From NCBI GenBank assembly GCA_964187785.1, contig OZ076411.1, positions 37,820,001-37,884,000 on the forward strand: a stretch of DNA of 64,000 nt, in the 5' to 3' direction. Source of the stretch: Amphiscolops sp. MND2022. Its lineage: Eukaryota. A program made the position numbers and the translations under genes. The notes under the pieces are model-generated. The model did no database searches. It was not told where the DNA came from and saw only the letters and a program-made list of their open reading frames with translations. Of this stretch, positions 37,790-50,156 are shown piece by piece (position 1 is the first letter of the stretch; each line of letters opens with the position of its first letter).

Positions 37790-38167
37790 ATGACAATTAG
37801 GAGTCAGAAAAGGAAAGTTTTAGCTGAGTTAGTTTCTGGAGATTTTGAAACCTCTGTGACCGAAAACTCTCCGTCTGAAAACCTCGTGGCTAGTTCTAGC
37901 AAAGTTCCTAGAGTAGAACCTGAGAGTCTGGTTGAGATAAAAACGTCTCTAAGGAAAAAATCATGTCTGATTTAACAAAAATACTTGCAGAAAACCAAAA
38001 GGAAATGCCTAAATTGATAGCTCCTTTAGACAAGAAACAATCTGTCCACATGAACGTTCAAGACTCTGATTCTGAACCTGAAAATGTCTCCGTACCAAGG
38101 ACGTCCGCTCCCGTCTAGATTCACACTGCGACTAACTCTAAAACAACACCGGTAAATAGTCGTAACA
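37790..38167 (+). mobile_element. LTR-like 3' end with ORF start (probable 3' LTR of Gypsy 1)
   Basis: MTIRSQKRK...TTPVNSRN ending AGTCGTAACA, the same terminus as the 17961/21312 LTRs; LTR start not located. Confidence 0.6.
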
Positions 38168-39125
38168 CATCTATTTATTCTTGGAAAGCGAAGGGCAATA
38201 AAAGTTATTTTGCAGTTTGTGAGAAAGTGAACCAATTAAGCAAACTAGTTGAATTAGGAGGCACAGTGACATCAAGATCTTTGTATATACTGCGATTGCG
38301 TACGTAGAAGAGAAATCAGACTCTTCCCAGCCTCAATTGTTTGGCAAAAAGTATCGAATTTTTAAACACAAAAACAAGTTATTCTTGTTCTGAATATTAA
38401 ATCATGCCTTGCCTTAATTGCGCCAGATTTCCAAAATGACAACTTGAAAAGTACTTGTCTTGCCTTCGTCCTCGTATGATTGAATTTAAATCGGAAATAA
38501 CGTTAATAATTTGGATTTAGATTCAGAGGATTTTTATTCAAAGAGGATTTTTCAATGTAAGCGGTAATTATTCCATTGTTCAAAATGAAAAACTGCAACC
38601 TTGTAACATTGGTTCGAGTCGAAATCCACTCTAATTATGGCAATACCTGACATAAATTGGGTTCAGCTTGGAAAATTTATGATATAACGTCATCATTTCC
38701 TACGTCATTTTTCTGCAAAGCATTTTTAGTCCAAAAATTGTCTCGAAAAGAATTCGGCGACAAGTCGAACAATTCCGAAAACCTTCTAGGCTTGCGAAAC
38801 GCTTCATATTTGATGAGAATTAATTGGGGTTCTCAATTAAAATTAATTGGGGCTCCTTCCGGTTAAAAAATCTTGGGAAAATGTTGCACAGTTCCGTCGA
38901 AAAACCTCAATTTGGGACCCGCTCCCTTCTATTTATGCAAGCAGAAAGATTTTGGTCCTCTAGGACAAGTGCGAAGTACTTCCCAGTTTTCCACAAGCGC
39001 TTCTAGTAGTTAATAGCAGAAATAGTGGAAAAAATTTGCTCGTGCTAAAATGCTAAAACTAATTTCCCGTGCTTAAAGTTTATGTAGATTTTTGAGAAAA
39101 CAAACAATAACGAGTGAATTTCTAG

Positions 39126-40350
39126 ATTGGGCCAAGGTGGAGGTGGAGGTGCCTGGATGGCCATTTCGCCAAACTACTACGAGCAGAAGAAACGACTGAA
39201 ACAGGTGCACGAACTAACTTACTTGTTAGAAGTGGTCGAGGGGCTCCGGTGGAACTTTGCTGCACGGTTTTTCAAGACATTCAACTTCTTAACCAGATCT
39301 GATACCAAAATATCAGACGTGCTTGTCGAGAGCAGTATTCGGACTGAAAACATCATAAGCCCATTGAACGTGTCATCGCCGTTGGTAAAAGATTTTCAGC
39401 CAATAGAATTGCTTTTCCAGTGGAAAGATGGTTACATAATAATGAATAACAAGTTTATCGGAGTCACAATATGGGATGCATTTGCAATTGTTGCAAACAT
39501 GATTCTTATGCTCGAAAGGGCGTGGTTGACCTGGGGGCGTCTTTGCGCCAAACTAGTGAGAACCAGGGCTCAGTTTTACCTGGATCAGTACGAAGAAAAT
39601 TCACCGGAGTGGAAACTTGTGAAATCAATTTTGGATCGAAATGGCAACCTAATTTCAGCTGCGTGGGCCATACGCAAAATGAATAAAGTTGCTCTTCGTT
39701 TGGAAAGATTACAAGTTAAAAGAAAATTGGAGAAGGAGTCGCAAGCTCGGAAAGCAGAACATCGGAGAAGAAAGTATTTGAAGTACTCCATTTTGAGAGG
39801 CGACGTATGTGACCCAAATTTGACCAAAATCGAGGAAAAACGAATCATCGAATGGGAAACCTACAAGAAATTGTTGAAAGAAAGGGCAAAGTATCGCGAG
39901 CGATTAGATGAATTAGTGAAAACTGAAGAAATTGAAAGGATAAATCGTATTTCAACTTATATTAACAGAACCGGTTATGCAAGTACAGTGACTCAGAAGT
40001 CAGACAGTTCCAAAAGTTCTAGCACTGGCAGAAAACGGCACAGTCGGAAAGTTTCCAAAAGTTCCAGCACTTCGATCAAAACCATTTCAAGTGCTGGGTC
40101 AGACGACAGTGAGTCATATTTTGCGGACGAACAGGAGTTCAAAGGTCAAATTGTGAATGCTTCTTCTAGAGAACCAATTCTGAGGAAGACAACTCGAATG
40201 CAAAATTGTATGTTTCAAGTCAAAGAAGGGCTGGAGAAAATTAAAAGGAATGAAGACTTGGATGACGAAATTGATTTCAGTCATCAATTTACTAATCCGT
40301 GGTCTGAGAAATATCGACAAATCAAGGAGAGAACAATCCACTACTCCTGA
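39126..40350 (+). CDS. Candidate host gene exon or orphan ORF, 407 aa; coiled-coil/basic middle, Ser-rich tail
   Basis: 1.2 kb stop-free in AT-rich DNA; AG acceptor at 39124-39125; no TE motif or known domain recognised. Confidence 0.65.
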
Positions 40351-43300
40351 AACTTACAGCTTACAGGATGTGGATTCTGCAATGTTAACTGGGCATTCTT
40401 GTTTTTCTAAAACTGAAGTTGTTAAATGAGAGATTGGTGGTGCATTTTTGCTAAGAATTTATTAAAATCATATTTTGCTCGTTTTTTTGTATTGGAATAC
40501 AGAAATATTGATGGAAATGACATAAGACGGTAACAGAACTTACCACAGGTCACGTCTAACGACGAAATAATCATAAACTACTTAATTTTCAGTTTTCAGG
40601 TGGGTATAATTTCTTGTGCTGTTCAGTAGCGATCAAGTTTAAACAAAATTAGTAGGAAAATAAACTAGCCATTTGAACTACAAGATTCCCTTTGATCCCT
40701 TTGAGCGCCGGGATACTTTTCACACTGAATTATACAGTGAAAACATCTATATACATCTGTAGGGCTCGAGCTTAGCCAATACTCTACAAAACTTGCACAA
40801 AAACTTCAAAAACTGAAAAAAAACTTTGACACTTTTGGTTCATTTTAGGTTTTTTGTATAGATTTGATTCATGCTAAGCAGTTAATTGTTTTTTTTATTG
40901 CTGAACTCTTTGGGTATTCGCATTAGAATTTCGAACTGAAAGTACAATACGTTCGCAAACAACCTCGCTCGCAACTAAAAAATTGCTTCAGAACCAAAGG
41001 GGGAAGTCTAAATTGAAATAAAAATACAATGCTATTGGGGAAAACCAAACGAAGAGGTCTCTATAAATGATAAACTAAAACCATTTCTCGCAAATAAGAA
41101 ACAGTAATGGAAACGTGAAGAAGAGATTTTATGATGACAAGTCATTAATCGGCATAGATGTCCATCGCTGCCAGTTTCTTGAGCTCCTCTAACTGGGCTG
41201 CTGAGTATGTCTGTTGATTGACAGGGGTCTGATAGAACTGAGAAGACACTGATATGTGGTTTGGTCTGTTCTGTTTCGAGCGCTGATTACTTGAAGTAAG
41301 TCTATTAGATCCATGGGATATTGAAAAAGGATATGAGTTTATTTTAAAAAATACTGCATTTTTGAATGAAATTACTGGTGACTAGAGAATTGTGGAACCA
41401 TTTTCTATCGCCTGTTTGCCAAATTCTTACTTAGCTGGTTCACGAGAATTCAACTGGGGGGAGGGGTCATTAATGGGTAGATCGTGTTTCAAGGTCATTG
41501 GAAATTTCTATTTTCAAATGACCAAATGATGAATTTTTCAGAGCAAGCGGCAATTTAGTGACTGTTTTCTACTCTCAAAATTTATATCCGTAACTTCTGA
41601 TTTAGTGTACCGAAACTTTCTCGATTTTTTTGAAATGCTAAAGTAATGAATGTGGTGCACAATAACAATGGATTCAGCTGAACTGAATATCGAATAGTTG
41701 TTTTTTTTTCACATCCCTGAAGGAGCTGCCGTCTTTCCTGCTACCATCGTCATCGGACTTGGTGGGATACCAACTCGCACATATTAAGGTGATACTTAGC
41801 GAGACTACGATGAGTCCACACCCCCACAAAGCTATCATCCTCTCCCGTGACAGAAGAACGTTGCACCTGGCTGATAGTTTGAACTGTCGGGGGTTGAGAA
41901 AAACACACGTCGGTCCAATCACGAACCCGTACAAACATATTGCACCAACAGCTGAAGCCAGCAAAAATATGTGTTGTGAAATGCCAGCAATCACATCAAA
42001 CAGTTATAGTTGTATACATAAACCTCTCGGGTTGACAAGAACTTGACAAGAATTTGACAAAACGCCTGCTCTCTTCCTGTCATAGTTAATTTTTTCGTAC
42101 CAGTAAACATCGAATTAACATTACTTTTTCGCAAGTTTGTAAATCAAAAAGCTTGTAGATCGATCCAAAAAATCTTACCAAAACTCTACGTTTTAACTCG
42201 AATGAGTTTTTGAAGTCTATGAATTTATCATTAGTGTTTGTTCTCGTTAGTATTGTACGGAAGCCAATGAAGTTTTGACTGCGGGTTTGAAATCCTTCGG
42301 GGTTGGGACTTTGACGGAAAACTTGATTGAAGCCAATTGTCTTCATTATTTATATTATTCAAAATCCGTACAACGAGCGTTACTTCTAGCGCTTTGTTTG
42401 CTAGTTAAGTTCATTCACCCCACGACTTTGCGACGCCCACCATTGGATAAGAAAACAAAACACTTTACCTGTAATCCCGCAAATGACGAAGCACAAGGCC
42501 GCTGTCTTGAGATTGTCTTTGAAGGTTCGTCGACTGCTAATCCTAAACACAAAAAATTTATATTTTGATTAAAATTGTTTTTGGTTTGTTTTCTTCTTGT
42601 TTGGATAAATAATTAAAATTTTAAATCATTTGGTCATACATATTACAAACACAAATAGTATAGAAACAGAAATTGTTGACCATATAAGACATGCCAAGGG
42701 CCAATGCCCGCTTGAAGGAGGCCTTCTTTAAAGCACTTGCTAGCCCATAATTCGCACAATCAAAAATAAAATCAGGAAAGACAATATTTCGAAGAAATGA
42801 AGCACAATACAGAAAACTAGAACCAGCTTTTCAAACAAAAAGCATACACCGCTGCAACACCCATTGCTGATTGTTGCACGGAAGTTTCCAGGACACTGCT
42901 AAAAGTTAGAAAGGAAACTCGTTTTCATAGCTTAATGAAAACAAAATACCTGAAACTGATGGAATAAGATTTACAATTGGGTATCCAAAGAAAATTTGTT
43001 GACTTTTGGGGACAGCACTGTAGACTTGACAGCTTTGCAAATATTAGTTCAACGAATTGTAGTTGTCAGCAGTTAGCAACAAGTTCAAAGAGCTGTAACA
43101 AAGCATGAAATATGGCGATTTTTGACTGAAAACTAGTATCTCACACACTTGTTGATATAACTTTTATCAACCGCCTTTGCACACCTGATGCCCAAAGTTA
43201 CTGGCCCAGGACTCTTCAATTCTCACGGGGAACATAGATAAAGACACAGTAGATCTCTAACGCGGCATTTTTTGCATCGGGTGGCAGAAGAGAACGGAGA

Positions 43301-44153
43301 ATGATACATGCATCAGCTAAAGTACTCCATAATTCAGAGAAAGTACCTGTATCCTATTGTCGCTAAGCATCTTTGAAAAACGTTCGTAGCCTAAAGACTA
43401 CATGAATGAGTTGGAAAGATGACATGACCGCCAACAGGATGAAAAGCTGATTTAGTTTCAGTTGAATAAGTTGTAACGATCCCTTCTCATATCATCAAAT
43501 TATTAACATTTGTGACATGGCTGAAAAATTTGTTCAAATTCGAGGAACTACAATTTTTGGTCATATTACCCAAATACTGTCCGTGTCAGCGCAAAGATAT
43601 ATGAATTGCAGAGGTCGAGAATCACTAAAGCCACGGAACACAAAACGCAGATTGAAAATACTCTATTTTTGTGTTGAAAAATAACAATTCCCGAATTGCT
43701 AATCCAGCCAAGTCTGATTTCAAACTGAAACTTGTGCTCTTTTTAGCAGGATGTTAAAAAAATGTCCTAAATGCCTAAAATGAGTCATCCTGCCTATATA
43801 AACCTATGGTGCCAATACCCTTTCCTATTGCCGTGAAAAGTCATAAATGCTGTGAATTATCTTTTGTTTTATGTTTAGCTCGTGAGCTACCATTTCCCAA
43901 TTTGCTCTGACTAGAAGAGTTTATCGTTGACACCATCGCCCACGTTTTCAAAGGCTGTCTAAGCGATGATCTTGAAGAAAAAAGCAAGATGCCCGTTTTG
44001 ATATCAAATACAGACTGCAATAAGTCGGCAAGCACTCTTTGGAGGCGGAATTTTCTCCTAACGGGACAGGTTTTACCTCGAGAGGCAAAATGGACTTTGG
44101 GCACAATACGGGTACCTGTTGGGGCAAATACCTTCTTCTTCTTCTTATGGTAG

Positions 44154-44801
44154 TCACCCCGACGGGGTTCCCATCTGTTGTCCACAGCTCCTGAGATGTC
44201 TTCGGAGGTTTGTTGCAGCCTGCGGTACTTTACAAGAAGGGCATTCCTTCAGGGTACGGACGTGTTTCGTGGGGCTAGTTTTTCCTTGACATTTCTTCTC
44301 GTGATTCTTCAGATTTGCTTTTTGGCTAAAAGTTCTGTTGCATTTGGTACATGTATGATATGTTCTCGCTTGACTGTGCATTCTCTTCATATGTATTGCT
44401 AGTCCTGCTCGCGAGACGCACTGCTTCCCGCATTGGGCACACTTGATTTTTGCGGTTGAGTCCAGGTGTCCTTGTTCCATTCTGGTCACAGAACCTCCAG
44501 TCCACCCATTTTCTTGGGATGATTCCCACAGCTCTATGTGTCGGCTTCTTTCACGGATGAGGCCTCTCCATCTTTCACGATCTTGGGCGATGTCATTTAT
44601 TTCAAGGGGGTCCCAACCAGCTTCTCTCGCTAGCTTTATCCAGTATCTAGGCGTGCATCTGAATTTCTTCCTTTCTTTATCTGTGCACTCCAGTTTACTC
44701 AGCCAACCGAAAGTTACTTGCTTGGTTCTGCTTTCCTCTGGCATGCGGAGTACATGGCCCAACCGTTCTAAGCTTCTTTTCTCGATTTTATTTCTGATCA
44801 C
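44154..44801 (-). pseudogene. RTE-like ORF2 C-terminus with three zinc-finger-like motifs
   Basis: CAQC..HMKRMH, CTKC..HEKKC, CPSC..HLRSC. Confidence 0.8.
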
Positions 44802-45031
44802 AGTCCGTCCCTCTAGGCCCCGGGTTCGGATGAATGTCCCTCAAACACCATCTGATTACCATCTTCCGATGTCTGCAGTTCTCCTTTGTACCCCGGCCAG
44901 GTGGACAACAGTTTACGCCTTCTGGTTGTTTAAGGAGGTGCACGGTACGGCTATTTCCGGGCCACTCCCTTCCCAAAACAGTATTTGCTTCGAATGCTTT
45001 CGTCCTCGGAGCACGTCCCACAGTTTGGGGC

Positions 45032-45088
45032 GATGCTGCTTTTGTGAAATGCGCTCTCCACCACGAGAAGGTACAGCATCCGGGAAGC
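45032..45088 (-). ncRNA. HDV-like self-cleaving ribozyme candidate
   Basis: P1 GCUUCCC/GGAGAGC, P2 GAUGCUGU/GCAGCAUC, P3 ACC/GGU, L3 UUCUCGU; G1 is the first base inside the TSD; folded by hand. Confidence 0.75.
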
Positions 45089-47658
45089 TGGGGCAAATAC
45101 CCATATCAAAGGTTCCGCCATCGTCATGAACGGAGAAGCGACAGCGATACTTGCCTTTGCATGTAAATCACGCATTACGAATGAGCTATCACTCAGTAGT
45201 AATGAAAGTTGACAAGAGGAATAAAGTTTAAGGTTGAAGTAAGTGGAAAGTGTGAGGTGGCGACCTGAAAAACTACACCTGAGAAAAGAAACTAGGGTCA
45301 CTATGAAATATTCAATTTGAAACTTTCAAGATAATCATGGACGAAATACCTTTTTCAAAATGTTGATTCAACGTTGATAATGATCCACATCTGATCAACA
45401 GTTTCCAACATCGTGATGAAAAATTTGCAAGTGTCCTAAACCCAGACTTTCAAAGCAAGAATTTAATTGAGAAAAGTTTCTGTTGTAATCTGAATTCATG
45501 GGACTTCCATTATAGCTTATTTCGTCATAAAAGTATAACCGAGTGACGAACTTTCTTCATCCGAAAGTGCTTTACAAGAATCAAACTATTTTTGTTTTCC
45601 CTGGCTCAGTGCTCAGAAAATAAATACAGGTTCCAGATTAGCGCTCTTTTTATCTAGATGGTTGTATGTTCTAGACATTGCTAACAAATGTGTTTTTGGT
45701 AACCAAAAACGCTGCAAAGTACTTTTCATAACTTTAATCAGAAAAATTTATGCAAGAATTGCTTAAATTTTTCACGAGTTCAAAGACACACACTTGTACG
45801 ATATCCTTGTAGTAAGAAAGGTGTGTTGAAAACCATCGAGGGGCTATTATCAGGCGTCTATATTCACTTTGCGTTGATTATAAAACTTTTAAAGAATAAC
45901 AGCAAATCTAAATAAAGGTTGTCTTCGTTGTTTTTCGAATATCCTGATGATATCATTCCTAACGATCACCTCTGATGCTACGTTTGAAAATTCGTTCAAA
46001 GAACAAGGGAACTACTATTTTCAACCAGTTGTCGGAACTAGCGTCCGTGTCAAAAAAGGGACCTGTACGAAGTATTGGAAAGACCCAAAATCATAGCCGC
46101 GTAGCAGACCGAAAACAGCAGATCAGAAGAACGCTGAATTCTTACGAGAAGACTCATTTAGCAAATTTCTAATCTCACCAAGACGAACTGTGAACAAAAC
46201 TTGCATTTTCTTCAGCAAAATACTACCAATTGTATTGATTGCGTAAAATGAGTCTCTGCCTAATCAAGCAAACGGTGAATAAAATTGACCGTAAAATGCT
46301 GTGTTTTATCGTGTTTTCTCGATGTATTAGCTCGTGAGCTACTATTTCTCAATGTTCTGTGATTTGTAACAAATTACCTTTGTCACCACCATCTTCGTTT
46401 TTTAAGGCTGTCTAGACGGGATTGTGAAGAGAAAAAGCATAATTTACGTCACTAGCAACACCCGTGTCATAAGTTCCTCCATCTTCGTCTACGGAGAAGC
46501 AACGGCGACAGCTTGCCGTTACAAATCCTTGTCAAAAGATGTTTTTCTTCACTGAAAACTACGTAGTTTTCACACGTTACAAAAGTTCAAAATAAGTGGC
46601 AAAAATAGTAAAGTCAATACAAGAGCAAACGAATGTTACAAAGGCTAGTATAAAAAAGATGCACAAACGCATTTTTTTACGTGCTGTTAAAAATGTGTAA
46701 GTTTTCTCGTTTGGGACATATTGAATTGGCTTCTTATCTGCCTGTGGAAGTCGCTTAACTAGAACTGAAGTTGCTAAAAAATGAATTGTTTTGAATGATT
46801 TTCAAATTTTGCTGAACTTACCTTTTTTATTTGTTTTTTTTTGCACGTGAATTAGGTAATAGTTTTTTTTTCAATTTCGTCAGAATTAGATTTTCGATTT
46901 TTTCGTTACAAATCAATATATGAAACAATATATCTGAAAAATGTTCAACATTGTAACAAATTTGCAAAATCTGCGATTCTTGTACAAAGCCCAATAATGC
47001 ATAAATAATCACGAACATAAGTTATAATTAATTATTAATTTACAATTTCTTTAAATCACTAGATCAATTGACATATGCTGAACCAGTAGTTTCAAATGCG
47101 CTTGATATGCAGATTGAACAGAAAAGCATCGACACGTGTTACTTTCCAAAGCGTTCACGTTTTGTTTTTCGGTTCAGCTGTGATTTGCAGGGTCGTTTTG
47201 CTTGTGAACACATTCTTCCAGACAGGATTGGGTTGTTGCAAAGTGCGCCAGGCCCAAAGGTGACGACAATCATAAATGGGTTGGTTCCACGGCAAATGAG
47301 ACGGAAAAATAGACGGGAAATTAGGTAATAGTTGAAAAATCCATACCACCAGGATTTTTTCAAAAATTCGATCTAGTAAATGTTCAAATATTTACGAGAA
47401 ACTTTTCCGGCATTGTCAAAAAATGCCGTAAATGCTGTTTTGATTGACCAAATGATGCAGTTTTCTGGCACAATTCAGGAAACGCAATTTTCGAAAAATG
47501 GGTATGTCTCGGGCTTGTATACAAAGCCTGTATACAAAAATTGAAAAATTTACTGTAGCGAGAGTCCTCCATAAAACGAAACTCTCTTGAAAGGTATGCC
47601 GAATACTTGATCAAACTGAACAAAATTATGCTGTTTCTTCAAACGGAATGCTAATACA

Positions 47659-47931
47659 CAGAGTTGGAAGCGGGCCTAAATATCCAGGCCCGAACCGGGC
47701 CCTGCCCGCCCAGGCCACGGTCAATGCTTTTGAAACGCCTACTAATAGGCATGAAATGAATTTAATTTGGACCCTTTTTGTTCTACGCCTATCGAAACAC
47801 AGACCCGGTCCGATCCTGTCCGGTCCGGTCCGGTCCGGTCCTGTCCGGTTCGGTCCGGTCCGGTCCGGTCCGGTCCGGTCCTGTCCGGTCCGGCCCAGTC
47901 CGTTTTCAAGCCCGGCCCGGTTCCAGCTCTG
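47659..47931. mobile_element. hAT-type MITE, 273 bp, with internal (GTCCG)n array
   Basis: TIR CAGAGTTGGAA / CAGAGCTGGAA; 8-bp TSD CTAATACA at 47651-47658 and 47932-47939. Confidence 0.92.
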
Positions 47932-50156
47932 CTAATACATATTCAATGCTGATTTCTGCATAATACCTGCATCTTTCTAAATATTATTAAATGATTTGTC
48001 TGGTGGCTTTAGGAAACACTTTTTTGTTAAAAATGCAAGACTCTTGCAATAGCAAGTTTTTTTCTTCAGTCACCGTGAAACGTTCACTTTTAGAAATTTT
48101 AAGAACTTCACCTAACAACGCCGGCTGCTATTTCTCTAACTTTCTTAGCAACTAAATTGACTGAAAGCGATTGAATGTTCGCTTTTCACTAATTGTTCGG
48201 TGAAAGATTTTACAGGAGTAAATGTAAAACGGAACTTGAAAAGGAACCGACTTTCTGCATTTTTGCCTCTTGACAGGCGGAAATTGGGCATAAGAATATG
48301 GCTAATGCCGTGCTTCCATCGTTTAAGATTGGATGAAACTAACTGCATTTACTCTTTTTGGATATAACGAATATATTCAGATTCAGATTCTGCATTTTTT
48401 TGCCTCTTGCCAGGCGGAAATTGGGGTTTGAAACCTGGCTACAGCTGATACTGCTTTTTTTCAGCCTCAGGCGGGGCGCTGACTTTGGCCGTTCGCGACC
48501 TTTTAGTCGGCATTTTTGCAGAAAAAGCAGACTATAGAAATGACTTCTCTATTTTTACTGTTTGAATGACAAAATGACAAAAATTGACCATGACTTATAC
48601 GACGCCTTTGGTTGAAGAACTCATCAACAAATGGGACGAACGAACAAACATCTCAATGATATTATCTACAAGCATAGGCAATCACCAGTAAATGTACGCT
48701 CTTTGTCATGCCAATTTTGAATCATTGATGTTCAATTCATCATGATTTTATTATAGCTGAGGTTGTTAATGTGACAAAGGTCATTAGAACCAAAACAAGA
48801 AAATCATCAAACACCTGAAGGTAAAATGCAGTAATATATGTGACGTATAGCTTACTTACTTTGATTGAAACTTTATTCATGTTGGACGCGCCAATGTATC
48901 ATGCAAACAGGTGACTGACACGAGCGTTTTCCAGAATTACGTAACTTGGACGGTTATGTAGATCACCACCCATTTGAACATTTGCTCAACGGTTCTAAAG
49001 TTGGATCTAACCATTCAATTTTTTAAACAGGTGACCGACCTCTTCATGCCTGTCATGCAATTTCCCAAGTTTTTCAGCGAGCACAATGATCAGTGCGATC
49101 AACAGTTTGTAACGACAAGCTCTGGTACAGCAATATCAACCAATTTTGCAACTTTGACATGTTCAGAAATTTTGTCAAAAATTCTAATCCGATGTGTGAC
49201 GTGGCACTGAGCATGTGATTGCTCTTTTCGCTGTTTCCACGAAATTGGCAGGTACTTCGACAACAAAGAGCAAGAACGAGCAAAAATACGGGCGCGCCGC
49301 CATGACAGAAGCCAGAGACGGCAAGAACATCCGAAAATAGACTCTTTTTGAGGTGCTAACCCCGGTTTTTATCGATTTTCAGCATTATGCTACCCTACGT
49401 AGCAGAAACCGGTAAAATGAGTCTTTTTGCTTAATTGTCCTTGTTTGGTGCTTGGAGCCCCTGCGCCCCAGCTTTTTAGCTGTGTGGTTTGCCATATTCG
49501 TGCCTGTTTTCATGTGTTTTCAGTGATTTTGGCTGTATTCAGTAGCGTTAGCGCTAGTTTAGATCTTATTCCCCAATTTTAGATCTTATTCACATGTCAC
49601 CCTGGAACTGGAAATTTACCTTATTCTTGGCATTGTTTTTATATGCTAGTTAAGCGGTGGTCTTTAGAGAGTCAGAAAGATGCCCGTTACTATTAGCAAT
49701 CAAAGACTAGGACCGGTTGGACAGTATTCGTCGAAGCACCCACGGCCCCGGGACGTATTTCACCCCTGGAGGCAAAATGAATCTGTGGCGATGGGCGCCT
49801 GTCCCGAGCGATTCACCCATTCCTGCAGGTTCCTCCACCTCTGTTAACGCGTTAAGCGACCGATAACTGCTTGCCGTTACAGTTTGTTGTCTAGTACTCT
49901 CCAATTCACAACCTACACGGCGTTCCAAATTATTTAGGCAAGTACCAAATTACTAGTAAGCACCAATTTCAAGTTTCGCTGGAGCAATCCAGCTGTACTA
50001 GCGTTTTTAAAGCTTCACTGGGAAAGTACTGCAACAAACGTGGTATCTAACACTATTCAGATGAAAAGAAACAATCGAATTTTCAAGTGTTCCGATTTAT
50101 TACGCAAATTGCAAAAATTCAACAGATTATTTTATCTAAACGAGTTGAAGTTTGAT

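Larger units (their letters stand above)
44133..45088 (-). mobile_element. Internally deleted RTE-like non-LTR element, 956 bp
   Basis: 13-bp TSD TGGGGCAAATACC at 44120-44132 and 45089-45101; (AAG)n tail 44133-44146; RT C-terminus LERLGHVLRM...DRERWRGLI. Confidence 0.9.

Noticed and set aside
41674-41994. Hydrophobic 106-aa minus-strand ORF as a membrane-protein exon (with a possible last exon at ~41145-41285)
   Set aside because: In-frame stop just upstream, no acceptor AG, no recognisable family; too weak to call.
44995-45015. Hammerhead-like CCGAGGACGAAA on the minus strand just after the HDV-like fold
   Set aside because: No CUGANGA core and no complete stem II.
44443-45166. Plus-strand 228-aa and 110-aa ORFs over the RTE element (possible twin-priming inversion)
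   Set aside because: No RT/APE motifs; the minus strand explains the segment (ribozyme, 2A leader, RT tail).
47648-47963. ORFs with GPVRS/SGPV repeats
   Set aside because: Translation artefact of the (GTCCG)n array in the MITE.
49700-49930. GC-richer segment as a SINE or ribozyme
   Set aside because: Only a weak hairpin; no second copy, Pol III boxes, tail or TSD found.
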